This document shows, in pieces, positions 51,833-63,684 of a stretch of 64,000 bases of DNA. Origin of the DNA: Vicugna vicugna (Eukaryota). The position numbers were made by a program, and so were the translations under genes. Under the pieces are notes generated by a model, which had not been told where the DNA came from, did not search any database, and saw nothing but the letters and a program-made list of their open reading frames with translations. Position 1 is the first letter of the stretch, and each line of letters begins with the position of its first letter. The stretch spans positions 1 to 64,000 of the forward strand of contig MU058453.1 in the NCBI GenBank assembly GCA_013265495.1, read 5' to 3'.

Positions 51833-53059
51833 CTGGAAGAGAAAGCAGAAGAGAGGACTGTGAGCCCCATGGGGAATCTCAGACTCAGGCATGCTGGGTG
51901 CAGCGCCCACCCAGGGCTTGGGGCCCTGACACAGGCCTCGGCCTTGCTCCCAGGCAACTGCTCTCTGTACCTGTCTGTTTGCCACCTGCTACTGTGTCCA
52001 CAGGAGCAGGGAGCCAGGGGTCTGGGCACAGTCTCCTCAGTCTAGGCGTGGGTGGGAGCAGTGGGCTGCCCCTTCCAGGGTCGCAGGCCACAAGGGCCTC
52101 GGTTGTGCCCATTTGGATGGACACAGTGTCATGGCCCCCAGGGCTCCGGGCCTGCCTGCAAGCCCCATGGTGGCCATAGAGATCATCCCCACTCTGGGCC
52201 TCTCTGACCTCACCCCTCTCCAACCCCATCTTTCAGGGAAGGATATATGCAAACCCAGCCAAAAGGGGATGCAGGACAGGGAAGCAGAGGAGAAAGTTCA
52301 TTCCAGCCATCCCCCAGCCTCCCTGCAGCCCCACCCTCTCAACCTAAGCCCATGTGAGTGCAGAGAACCCTCCTATCTCTACTTCCTGACAGCACGAGTG
52401 ACTGGTTCTTTGGGGGATGAGGGTGGGGTCAGATCTTGGTCTCTGGCTGTGACTTTGACATTCAACTGCCTCCTCTCTGCCCCCACCCACCCTGCTGCCT
52501 TTCACAGAGCCCCTCAGGTGCCCCCTTCAGCCTCCCACCTGAGCTCCTGCCAGGATGCTTCCCTTCCTTCGACCCCCTCCCACATTCATTTGAACACACA
52601 TTCATTTTCATTTGGAAACAGGAGAAAAGGAGGAAAGAGGATCCAGGCAACACATGTGCTAAGGCTCCTGAGCTGCCATTCAGCCTGTAAGTCCCGGCAC
52701 AACAGGAGCATCTAACATCAGTGCCTGCAAGTAAGAGCGTGTTTTTTCCTTTCAGCATTTTTATGGTATTCCTTTTTCTACATTTATCAAGTTGACTAGA
52801 ATGCCTGTGAACCTCGATTAATAAGAATGATGGACACATGCTGTTTCTGATTTTACTGGAATAAATGGAGAACTTTATCACAGCAATGGAGCCCATGCAC
52901 CATGGAGTCAGACTGTCTGGCTTTAATCTCAGGTGCTAGCACCTACCAGGTATGAACGCAGGCAGGTCATTTAATATACAAGTCTCCCTCTGCTCATTTA
53001 TACACTGGTGAATGATTAAGGAAAGTGGACTCTTGCCTCCTCTACACCATTGGTCTTAC

Positions 53060-53207
53060 CGGAATGGTTACTTCCAGGCCGCAGCACTCCAGGTCTGGCA
53101 GCATCTCTGTAACCCAGTTGGGGCTAAATGGACACAACGGCTCAGAGAACGGCTCTGTGACACATGGAGATATTTGCAGCAATTCTTGATTTACATGGAG
53201 ACCTTCT
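53060..53207 (-). pseudogene. VPS8: Orphan VPS8-derived exon (148 nt)
   Basis: ttttgttttcag|A GAA GGT...ATT CCG|gtaaga; REGLHVNQELLQISPCVTEPFSEPLCPFSPNWVTEMLPDLECCGLEVTIP versus VPS8 REGIHVNQELLQISPCITEQFIELLCQFNPTQVIETLQVLECYRLEETIQ (recalled). Confidence 0.85.
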
Positions 53208-54533
53208 CTGAAAACAAAAGACAAGAGAGCAACATTATGTTATCCCATCCATAATTAAGGCTACAGGTAAAAAGTATGTTACCTTAAAACCAAGACCACT
53301 TTTTGGCCAGGTAAAATTGCTAATTACATCAGAGACATTCTAAATCATATTCTTTCTCACTTGATATGGAAAAACAATCTTCAGTAACAATATTCAGTGC
53401 CGGCGCCCTAAGTCATACTCACACTACAGGGTTAATTTTCTATAAAATGAATCTAATGGTATTGTTCCCTTGCCTAAAAAACTTGAGTAATTCTCCAATA
53501 TACAGATGATTCAGTATATTATTTCTTAGCTTTACATATTAATTTGTTCACTGTAAGACCCCAAACCCTATTTTCCAGTCTCTGTACTTCTAACTCATCC
53601 CCCTGACATACCATTTATAGCTGAATCTTCTACTATCGTCCCCACAATGTCATCCTCTCAATATGCGTGTTGCTTTGTGCCTTTAAGTCTCTACACACCC
53701 AGGACCCTTCATCTAGAACCCCTTCCCAATTCTCTGCCTAGAAACTGACACCAATTATTTAAGCCCAGGTCACGCATACCTGGGAAGTCCTGTCTGACTC
53801 TCTCACACGGTCTATCCCTCTGTCCTCTTGTTCCTGCAGCACTTTTTTACCGTGTCTGGTGTAGAGCTTTTAACACTGTACTGTGCTTACGTAAATGCTC
53901 CTCTGCTCCACATGAAAAAGTTAAAGAAAACACTGTACACTTATCTGTGCCCTCCAGAGCCGACCATACTGTGGTGCATGGGGGGCCACAGTAGTGCAAA
54001 ATCAACTGTGTGAATGAACGAACTCCGTATCTCTGTCCCTTATGCCAGCTGCCTCCCACTCATGCCGTGGTTTCCATCTTGTGTACGTGTCCCCTACTAC
54101 TTGATTGCCATGTGGGGACCCTGGGTTGTGCTACGTGTCCCTGTCACTCGTGGCCATAATGGTAGCGAGCACAGCCCTCTCTCCCAGCACTGCCGTGGTG
54201 GTGACGAGGGGAACGCTAGCTGCTTCCACCTGGGCCTCTCACTACTCACCATTAACACAGCTGTATTCTAGGGAAGGGTTTCCAAGAAAAATTCTAGTTA
54301 TCATTAACCCTTTCTGAGGATGACGGAAGTCTGAACAAATAACGTGAAACCCAAAAAGAATACCGTTGCAGCTACTACAGCAGAAGGTACTGGGGGGGGG
54401 GGGGCTCTGTGGAAACGATGTCCAGGGTGAGTGCAGGCTATAGCTCCAAAAATTTCTCTGTGATGTTAGTATTTCTTATGCACAAAGATGAGCACCCTCA
54501 TGTCCAGACTCAGATCCACAACTGCTCCCAAAT

Positions 54534-54553
54534 ACACACACACACACACACAC
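54534..54553. repeat. (CA)n microsatellite
   Basis: acacacacacacacacacac. Confidence 0.9.
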
Positions 54554-54676
54554 GTAGAAACTGCTATTAAAAGGAACTATCAACTGAAGAAATTATCACA
54601 ATCAAAAGTTCTTAAGTGCAGGTTCAAAAACTCTCCCCACTAGATGTTCCTTCCCAATATATTCTGTAAAATTTAC

Positions 54677-54766
54677 CTGAAGTTTTTTAATGACTGTTTC
54701 AGTCTGTTCAGAAAAGTGAGTGGCAACCAGCACTGCAGCCTTACCAGGCTTCAGGGACACAAGTTC
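54677..54766 (-). pseudogene. VPS8: Orphan VPS8-derived exon (90 nt)
   Basis: ctttcattccag|GAA CTT...CTT CAG|gtaaat; ELVSLKPGKAAVLVATHFSEQTETVIKKLQ versus VPS8 ELVSLKPCKAAELVATHFSGHIETVIKKLQ (recalled). Confidence 0.85.
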
Positions 54767-55579
54767 CTGGAATGAAAGACAAAGATAAAATGATCTTTAA
54801 TGCTAAATTTAAATACAATTTCCACAAGATGTGCAGCATGAGCACCTACTTCAAAATTTTCATGAGCTTCTGCACTGCCTTTCAGGAGACTTCAATAAAA
54901 AAGGCCTCAATTCTAATAAAAGGCATATTGCAAATAAGCAAAATTTTAAAAGTACCATTCAAAAAATCAGATTTTAATATAAAACATAATTCAGAATTCT
55001 TAGAAAATGAAAGCACTAAACATTCAGGATTCAGGCGATGACATCTACAGGATGAAAAGGAAACATCACCTCCCCAAATTCCCCGCAGGGAATTTCACCT
55101 TTGATATTAAAGTAGTAACTCAGTGAAATAAAAAAAGAATATAGTTGTGATTTCTCTAAGAATTCTGAAATTTTACTTCTGATGCCTGGTAGACTATGAA
55201 CTATGAAATCAGAAGTGTCTTAAGAAACTAACTTAAGGTTGTAACTCGAAGAGATGGACCATTCTACGTAAGGCCTATTTCTGTCAAATCGAAGACTTTC
55301 AACCTGCCCTCCCCTTGAACTTCCCTAGATACCACTGGCTCTCCTTTTCTTCTCGAAACTCTCTTCATACTTGGTTTCTATGACCCTATTCCATCTTTCC
55401 AATTGCATGTTCTATTGCTAACATGCAAAGATTGGCTACAGATCAACATATTATATTGTCAAATAAAAATATGACAAGTTATTGTGGCTGCAAAATTTAT
55501 GATATAAATAGTAATTTTGTAGATAAGAATTAGCTGACAGAAATAAGTGTAGTTTACACCACTTTTACGCAATCACCTC

Positions 55580-57235
55580 AAAACAGAGAAGGTAACATCA
55601 CAAATGAAAAACAAATGTCACTACTATCTTCAGACATTGAAAAGAAACTATTATGAATTAATTTGTTGAGAACTTGAAAATCTAAACAAAATGGGTAAAT
55701 TCCTAGAAAAATATAAATTACTAAACTGATGTAAGACATGGAAAACCTGCATTGATTTTTAACCACTAAAGAAACTGAATAGTCAAAAATCTTCCCATAT
55801 GGAACACTCTAGGCCCAAACAGCTTCACTGTTAAGTCCTTGCAATCATGTAAGGAAGGAGTTATTTCCAACATTAAATCTCTTGTAAAAAATTGAAAAGA
55901 AGAAACTACTTCAGCTCATTGTATAAGGCTAACAAAACTTTGATACTAAATCCAACATAAGATAAGAAAAGGAAAATTACAGATCAACCTTAATCATGAA
56001 CACTGATACGAACATCTAAATAAAAACAAAATCCAAGATGTATAAAAAAGATACTACATTAGGATCAAGTTACAGTTATCCATAGAGTTCAAGGCTGGTT
56101 TAATATCCATAAAATTTACAATGAAAATACAATAAGGGAGAAAAGGTAATAAAATTTACTTTTGAGAAAAACTGTTAGCATACAAAAAATAGAAGACTTC
56201 CATAAAAAAATTGTAAATACTGCATGTTAGAAATAAAATTTTTAAATATTAACAATAGCACAATTGCGATAAAAAAATGTAAAGTTGTGACAGTAAATCT
56301 AACCATCTAGAGGTGAAAATCTCTACAGAGAAAATTATAAAACTTTATAGAACGATAACTGAATAAAGGGTTATGCCAAGTGGTCATTAAATAGAAGACT
56401 CACAATGTAAAGATGTCAGTTGAAATTGAAATTGAATGACAGATTCAATGCAATCCCTATCAGAACTGTAAGGTTAAAACAGTTTCTGGGGGGGCAAGTT
56501 GATTCCAAAATGTGTTTGGAAGTATCAAAGGTCAAGAATAGCCAATACTCTCCTGAAGCTATCAAGACTTCTAATAAAGCAACAATATTTAGGACAGTGT
56601 GGTACTGATGTAGAGACAAAGCTCAATCAAACAGAAGAGCGCCTGTAAAGAGATCAAGCATGTAGACCCTTGATACACTCATGGTAAGGCCGCAATGCTG
56701 GGCATGGGGAAAGGCAACATTTCATCACAACTGCTGCTAGGAGAACCGGGCATCCACATTTTTAAAAATAACATGGACCTCCACCTCACACTATATACAA
56801 AAACTGCTTTCAGATGGATCTAAGATTTAAAGATGAAAAGTTAAAAAAAAAAAAGAAAACTTCTACATAATAAAGGAGAACTTCTTTGATATGGAAACAA
56901 AAAATTATTCTGACTACTTCAGAAAAAGAAAAAAGCTTTTATTAAAAAGAACCACAGAAAAAAGCCACAGAGAAGATATTTGCAACAAGCATCAGTCACA
57001 AAAAGACTTCACATCCAGGTACATAAAGACCTCCTACAGATCAATGAGGACAAGAGACATTCCACCAGAAAAATGGGCAGAAGACTTGAAAAAGCACATC
57101 ACAGAAAGGAAAGTTAAACGGCCAACAAATATAACTAGGATACCAATCTCATTAGTAATTAAGGACATGTAAATTTAAAATGTAATGAAACATTATATCA
57201 TTACACATACACTAGATTGATAAGATGTTTAAATC
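55580..57235 (+). mobile_element. Old degenerate L1 ORF2 fragment
   Basis: A-rich; ORF2 relics such as ggtaaattcctagaaaaatataaatta, RFNAIPI, KATIFRTVWY, EKWAEDL; many stops. Confidence 0.85.
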
Positions 57236-57789
57236 AAGCAAGAATATAGAGCTAATGGCAGGGGGAGAGGGGCTGCCCTAGAGAGCTGGTGGATTTGCCC
57301 CAGGCTCCTGTCTCCCCCACACCTGGCTTGCAGGCAGCCTTTGCTGCCCCCAGGGGCAGGACACACATTTTCTAGTTTGCTTACTGGAGGCTGGTGAGAT
57401 ATGGTCAGCTGGTAGCCGTCAGGTTGCCCCCTGCACCCTGCCCACCTCCCAGGAGCAGGCAGACTGGAGCATGTGTGTCCTGCGACCTGAGGCAGCAGAG
57501 GCCACCTCCAAGCCAGGCCACAAGGCAGACTGGAGCAAAGAGGCCAGCTCCTTGAAGGCAGGCACTCTCCCTCAGCTGCCCCCTGCTCCCTGACTACACC
57601 ACGCCTGCCTCCTGAGAGCTTGCTGATCTGGGGACCTGCTGACAGCGAAACTGGGGCAGCAGAGGCCATCCCTAGGCCAGGCCACAGGGGAGATGGGAGC
57701 AAGTGACTGGTTCAAAAGGGGCAGCCCCCTTCCTCCCGCCACTGCTGCTACCATCCTCCCAACCCCCTGACTGCACTGAGCCCATGGTC

Positions 57790-59882
57790 TTACCAAAGTG
57801 GGTACAGAGGGAACATTATTTCAACATAGTAAAAACTATTTATAACAAACTTATGGCCAGCATAATACTGGACAGTAAAAAGCTGAAAGCCTTTCTGCTC
57901 AAATCTCGAACAAGGATGCCCACTCTCACCAGCTATATTCAATACAGTAGCAAAAGTCCTAGTATAGCAATTAGACAACAAAAAGAAAAGTGACCCAAGT
58001 TGGAAGAAAAGAGGTAAAATTGTCATATGCGGATGACATAGTACTATACACAGAAAACCCTAAAGGCTCCGCAGAAAAACTAAGCGCTAAGGAAAGAATT
58101 CAGCAAGGTAGCAGGATCCAACATCAACATACAGAAATGAGTGGCATTTCTTTACACGAAAGGAATAATCCCTTTTAAAACTGCATCCAAAAACATAAAA
58201 TACTTAGGAATAAATATGACCAAGGAAGTGAAAGACATATGCAGAGACCTACAAAACAGTGAGTGAGGAAATTAAAGAGGAACTAAAAAATGGAAAGATA
58301 TCCCATGTTCTTGCCTTGGAAGAATTAATATTGTTCAAATGGCCACACTGCCCAAACCAATCTACAGATTTAATGTGATTCCCCATCAACTTACCCAGGA
58401 CATTTTTCACAGAATTATGACAAATTATCCTAAAATTTACTTGGAATCACAAAAGACCCAGAATTACCAAAGCATTACAGAAGGAAAAGAATGAAGCTAG
58501 AGGAATAACCCTCCCAGATTGCAGACAATACGACAGAGCTGCAGTCAAAACAGCATGGTATTGATACAATAACAGACATATGGATCAACGGAACAGAATA
58601 GAGAGCCCAGAAATAAACCCAAAAATTTCTGGTCAATCTTTGACAAAGGAGGCAAGAATATACAATGGAGTAAAGACAGTCTCTTCAGCAAATGGTGTAG
58701 GGAAAACTGGACAGCTACATGTAAATCAATGAAATTAGAATATTCCTTCACACTATATACAAAAATTAATTCAAAATGGCTAAGACTTTAGAAGAAAACA
58801 TAGGCAAAACATTACCTGACATACATCTCAGCAATGTTCTCCTAGGGCAATCCGCCCAAGCAACAGAAATAAAAGCAAAAATAAACAAATAGGACCTAAG
58901 TGAACTTACAAGCTTTTGCACAGCAACAGAAACCATAAGCAAAACAAAACAACCTACAGAATGGGAGAAAATACCTGTAAATAATTCAACTGACAAAGGC
59001 TTAATTTCCAGGATACATAAACAGCTCATAAAACTTAATAACAAAAAACCACCAACCCAATCCAAAAATGGGCAGATCTAAACAAGCATTTCTCCAGTGA
59101 AGACTACAAATGGCCCATAGGTACGTAAAAAATGCTCAATATCACTAATTATCAGAGAAACGTAAGTCAAAACTACAATGAGGTATCAGCTCACACCAGT
59201 CAGAATGGCCATCACTCAAAAGTTCATGAAGATAAATGCTGCAGATGGTGTAAAGAAAAGGGAACCCTCTTACACTGCTGGTGGCAATGTAGTTTGGTGT
59301 AACTGTTAGGGAAAATTCCTCAAAAAACTTAAAATACTTACCCTATGATCCAACAATCCCACTTCTGGGTATAAATCTAGAGGGAACTNNNNNNNNNNNN
59401 NNNNNNNNNNNNNNNNNNNNNNNNNNNNNNNNNNNNNNNNNNNNNNNNNNNNNNNNNNNNNNNNNNNNNNNNNNNNNNNNNNNNNNNNNNNNNNNNNNNN
59501 NNNNNNNNNNNNNNNNNNNNNNNNNNNNNNNNNNNNNNNNNNNNNNNNNNNNNNNNNNNNNNNNNNNNNNNNNNNNNNNNNNNNNNNNNNNNNNNNNNNN
59601 NNNNNNNNNNNNNNNNNNNNNNNNNNNNNNNNNNNNNNNNNNNNNNNNNNNNNNNNNNNNNNNNNNNNNNNNNNNNNNNNNNNNNNNNNNNNNNNNNNNN
59701 NNNNNNNNNNNNNNNNNNNNNNNNNNNNNNNNNNNNNNNNNNNNNNNNNNNNNNNNNNNNNNNNNNNNNNNNNNNNNNNNNNNNNNNNNNNNNTAGCCAC
59801 TATATATAAAAATCGATTTAAGTTTCTTCTGTATAGCACAGAAACCTATGTTCAATATCTGAAAATAACCTATAATGGAAAA
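57790..59882 (+). mobile_element. Younger 5'-truncated L1 (ORF2 C-terminal half plus 3'UTR), partly in an N-gap
   Basis: KLKAFLLKSRTR; KLSYADDIVLYTENPK (RT FADD motif); aatagagagcccagaaataaaccc; 3'UTR ctgtatagcacagaaacctatgttcaatatct...aacctataatggaaaa. Confidence 0.92.
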
Positions 59883-60049
59883 GCTGCTACAGCCACCAAC
59901 TGAGGAAGCAAGAGAACAAAGGAGAGTTAAGTTATCCTGGGCTAGAGCCAGGTCCTCGGAAAGTCCTTGCCCACCACTGACGCTGCCCCAACTGCACTGG
60001 GCCCTCCTCCCAAGAGAAGGCTGACATTAAGACATGTCCCCTGAACCTG

Positions 60050-63000
60050 TGGTCGTAGAGGCCGCCCTCAGGAAAGATGGGAACAAGTCACCTGCTGGGG
60101 GAGGACACCACCCCTCCCCGCCGCCGCCCTCTAACCGCACTGCCCCTGCCTCTGCCTCCTGGCAGCCCGCTGACCTGGAAACAAGTGTCCTGCGAACCTG
60201 GGGCAGCGGCGTGAGAGGGGAGCTGCCCAAGGAGAGGGGGTTGATTTCCCCCATCTCCCCGGCGGCAGGGCCAGGGGGTGGCCTCTGCTGCCTCAGGCAC
60301 ATCCCCAGGTCAGCCTGCGTCCCCGAGGAGGGCAGGCAGCGGCGGCAGAGACGGGTTTAGGGCTGTCTGTGCGAGCCTGTGGATTTGCTTCAGATTCCCC
60401 GCGGCCTGTCCTGGCCTCCGCCTCTGCCGCCCCAGGTTCGCAGGACTTGGGTACAGGTCAGCCTGCTCCTGGTAGGCCGGCGCTGTGCTGTCAGGGGAAG
60501 GGCGAGGGGGAGGCAGCAGCTGTGGCATTGGGCTCCCTAGTGGGAGGCGCGGGGATTTGCTCCCATTTCCCTCTGTTGCTGCCGCTCCGCTTGCACACGA
60601 CCGCACCCACGCCCGCCTCTCAGGAACACACTGACCTGTAACCTGGGTCACGCGAACCTCCGGCAGCAGAGGCCGCCCCCAGGACAGAACACGGGGAAAG
60701 TGGGAACAAATCAACATGATACAAAGGGCAGGCGTCCTTCCCTGCCGCTGCCGCCGATGTCACCGCCCGCACCCTAACAGCACCACGTCGCCTCCCAAGA
60801 GCAGGCTGACCACGAGAGGTGCACCCCGCAAACATGGGGAAGCAGAGGCCGCCCCAGGACGCGGGAGAATAGGGAACAAATACAGGGGCTTTCATAGGGT
60901 AGCCCCCACCCAACCGCGGCCCCGCAAACGCATGGCAGCTGCCACCCGGAAGCAGGCCACAACCTGAGGACCGGTAGGTGCTCCGGGGCCGTCCTGCACC
61001 CTCCCACCTCACGCGGGTGGACTGCTTTCCCAAACCCGGGCACAAGCGGCAGCGAAGACGCGGGTTCAGAGACTACTAACGGGGGAGGGGGCACCAAGAA
61101 CCATGGCGGCGGCCCGCACCCACCTCAGGGTCCTAACGGGCCACGCGGCCGGGCCTTACCCGCGCACCCCTACCTGTGCGCCTCCCAAACTGCGCACCGC
61201 AGGCCTCACCCGCCGGCTCCCCGACCTGCGCGCCCCCACCAGCGCCCCTTACCTGCCCGGAGGCGGCGGCCCAGTCCCCAGGCCGCCTTCTTCCTCGGGA
61301 GCTGGTCCAAAGAGCACCCAGCTCCCGCTCAGCTTCCCTACGCTCTGGGTGGGTTCCACGTCCACGCGTCTGTGCGTCCGCGCCCCTCCTCCTCCCGCTG
61401 GAAGCGCGGACCCTCGGCCTGGGGCTCCTGCTGTATAGGAGCCTGCGGATTAGCTTCAGACTCCCCCACAGCCTATCCGGGCCTCCGTCTCTGCTGCCCC
61501 AGGTTCGCGGGACTCGGGTTACAGATCAGCCTGCTCCAGGAAGGCGGGCGCTGTGCTGTCGGGACGGGGGCGGCGGCGGCGGCGGGAATGGGGCTACCCC
61601 GTGCTAGCGCGCGGGGATATGCTTCCATTTCTCGCTGTCGCTGCAGTCACCCCCGCACACTACCGCACCGCGCCCGCCTCCCAGAAGCTGATTGACCTGT
61701 AACGTGCGTCCTGCGAACCTGGGGCAGCAGAGTCTGCCCCCAAGACAGGACGTGGGGGAGATGGGAGCAAATCGACAGACTCCCAGGAGCACACCCCTCT
61801 CCCCGCTGCTGCCGCTAATGCTGCCGCCACCCCCGCACCCTGACAGCAACGCGTCGGCCTCCCAGGAGCAGGCTGACCGGTGAACGTGCACCCCGCGTAC
61901 ATGGGCAAGCAAAGGCCGCCCCAAGCAGTGGGGGAATAGGGAGCAAATTCAGGGACTCGCACGGGGCAGCCTGTCCCATCGCGGCCGCCGCTGAGGCCCC
62001 GCGACAGCACCGCACCGCACCCGGCTCCCGGGAACAGACCATGACCTAAGGGCCGGTACGAGGTGTTCCGGGGCCGACCGGCGGCTTTCCCCCTCCCAAA
62101 TACAGGGATGCCCTGCTTTCCCAAACCCAAATACAAAAAGCAGCGCAGACGCGGGGTTCAGGGACTACTAAGGGGGGGGGGCGCCCGCCTCAGGGTCCTG
62201 AAAGGCGCCGCGGCCTGGGCCTCGCCCAGGCCTCACCCGCCAGCTCCGCGACCTGCACGCCTCCACCAGCGCCCCCTTACCTGCCCGGCGGCAGCAGCGG
62301 AGGCGACGACAAGCGGCAGCCCATTCCCCAGGCCGCCTTCTTCTTCGGGAGCTGGCCTAGGAGAATCCAACTCCCACTTGGCTTCCACAACCTCTGGGTT
62401 GGCTCCCGCGTCCGCGCGTCTGTGCGTCCGCGCAGGCGCGCCCCTCCTCCTCCCTCCGGCAGCCCGCACCCTCCGGCTGGGGCTCCTGCTGTGTAGGACC
62501 TGGTGAGTCGGGCCGAGCGGGGCCACACTAGGCGGGTCTCCATCCTTAACGCCCCTACTCCAGCACCGACCAGGTCCCGGAAGCCAGCCAGAACCACCAC
62601 CCGCCCCGGGTCAGACCACATTCAACTCCACTACCCTTGCTCGCCTCCCCTCCCCACCCCGTTACTGATCCCCCTCACCCCTAGCCAGGCCCAGCCTCCC
62701 ACCATACCCACAAGACAGGGCTCCTCCTCCTCACACCGAGGTCCCCGTCCCCACTCTCCACCCCGCTAGGTACTGAGCTATGGCCTCTACACCCCAAGCT
62801 CACCCCTCATGCCTCACCACAGGACCACCAACATCCCGAAATGATCGGTCACCCCTCAGCTGGGTCAATTCCACCCCGACCGGCCCCTTGCTCCTCACCG
62901 CGGGATCCCCCCACTCTTCAAGTCCACCCCAACCCGGAGCTGACCGCCTCCTCACCTCTCACCCTCAGGTGGCGCAGGGAAGTCCGGGCTCAGGTCACTA

Positions 63001-63250
63001 TAGGACGGCCCCCAGCGGGTACAATACAGTGTCAGGATCCGGTACAGCTAGTTTCAGAGACCACAGGGCTCCAGTGGCCTGGCTGGAAGCGGTTCCAATT
63101 CCCGGGCGCCCTGACCCTGGTGCCCTATGCCTCGTCTGAGCTGGCGGGTCAGGGTGGTCCCTGGTTGCCCATCACTGGCCTGTGGGCCTTAGGTGGTTGA
63201 TGGCCCGGATGGTGATCAGGACCCGTAGGGCGGAGGCACTGGGCACACGG
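60050..63250. promoter_or_regulatory. CpG island, candidate promoter
   Basis: Very high GC and CpG density (cgcgcg, gcggccgc, ggcgcgcc); GC boxes; minus-strand CAG|GTAAG donors after 61253 and 62281; plus-strand CTG|GTGAGT near 62502. Confidence 0.75.
60373..62499. repeat. Diverged ~1.06-kb tandem duplication within the CpG island (60373-61438 and 61439-62499)
   Basis: Paired anchors gagcctg(t/c)ggatt.gcttcaga, ctgctttcccaaaccc, gactactaa, ccccttacctgcccgg, ccccaggccgccttcttc, ggggctcctgctgt.tagga. Confidence 0.9.
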
Positions 63251-63684
63251 ACCTGCAGGGGGGAGGGGGGAAGTGCGGCTGAGCACAGGGGGATAGACAG
63301 GAGGTGGGCCATATGCATGAGGCTCTGGGACAGAGGGAAGAGGGACGGGAGATTTAAAAGTGTCCATATTAGGAGCCCACAGCTGAAGAGCCAAGGAGGC
63401 AGCTGTGTTGGCCTGGCCACCTTAGAAACCGCCACGACACTGGTCCCTTGCATCCCCAGAGACTGCTGACTGGCCAATGAGACTTCCCCTGCCCTCCTCC
63501 CCCCTATATAGTTTACCAGCAATTGAAGGGACTTTGACAGGTCGTTTTAACCACCTGTAATTGCTACTTTGTGGAAGATCAGGTCCAAGTTACGGTGAAC
63601 CTGGGAGGGCTCCTGCCCAAACCCCAGCCTAGGGCAGAGGAGGACCCACCCAGACACATCCTCTTACCTCTCACCAAAAGGCAC

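Larger units (their letters stand above)
42957..52961. repeat. 5.0-kb tandem segmental duplication (42957-47960 and 47961-52961)
   Basis: caagcagtgctgggcacacc at 42957 and 47961; tatgaacgcag ending at 47959 and 52961; the ORF track repeats at offset ~5000-5005. Confidence 0.97.
6889..59793. other. Assembly gaps: 6889-7075, 7202-7772, 23030-23231, 28055-28110, 37382-37904, 41714-41866, 41993-42651, 59389-59793
   Basis: Runs of n. Confidence 0.99.

Noticed and set aside
28400..52700. Numerous 60-275 aa Pro/Gly/Ala-rich ORFs on both strands
   Set aside because: Expected by chance in GC-rich DNA. They recur only because the DNA is duplicated, and several are antisense shadows of the ADGRB1 relics.
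57703..59380. Reverse-transcriptase-like peptide fragments
   Set aside because: Ordinary disrupted L1 ORF2 with stops and frameshifts; not an intact or domesticated RT.
61103..61438. Plus-strand ORF with strong Kozak context (accATGgcggcgg), 111 aa
   Set aside because: No recognisable homology, low-complexity product, and the ATG is absent from the paralogous position in the second repeat unit.
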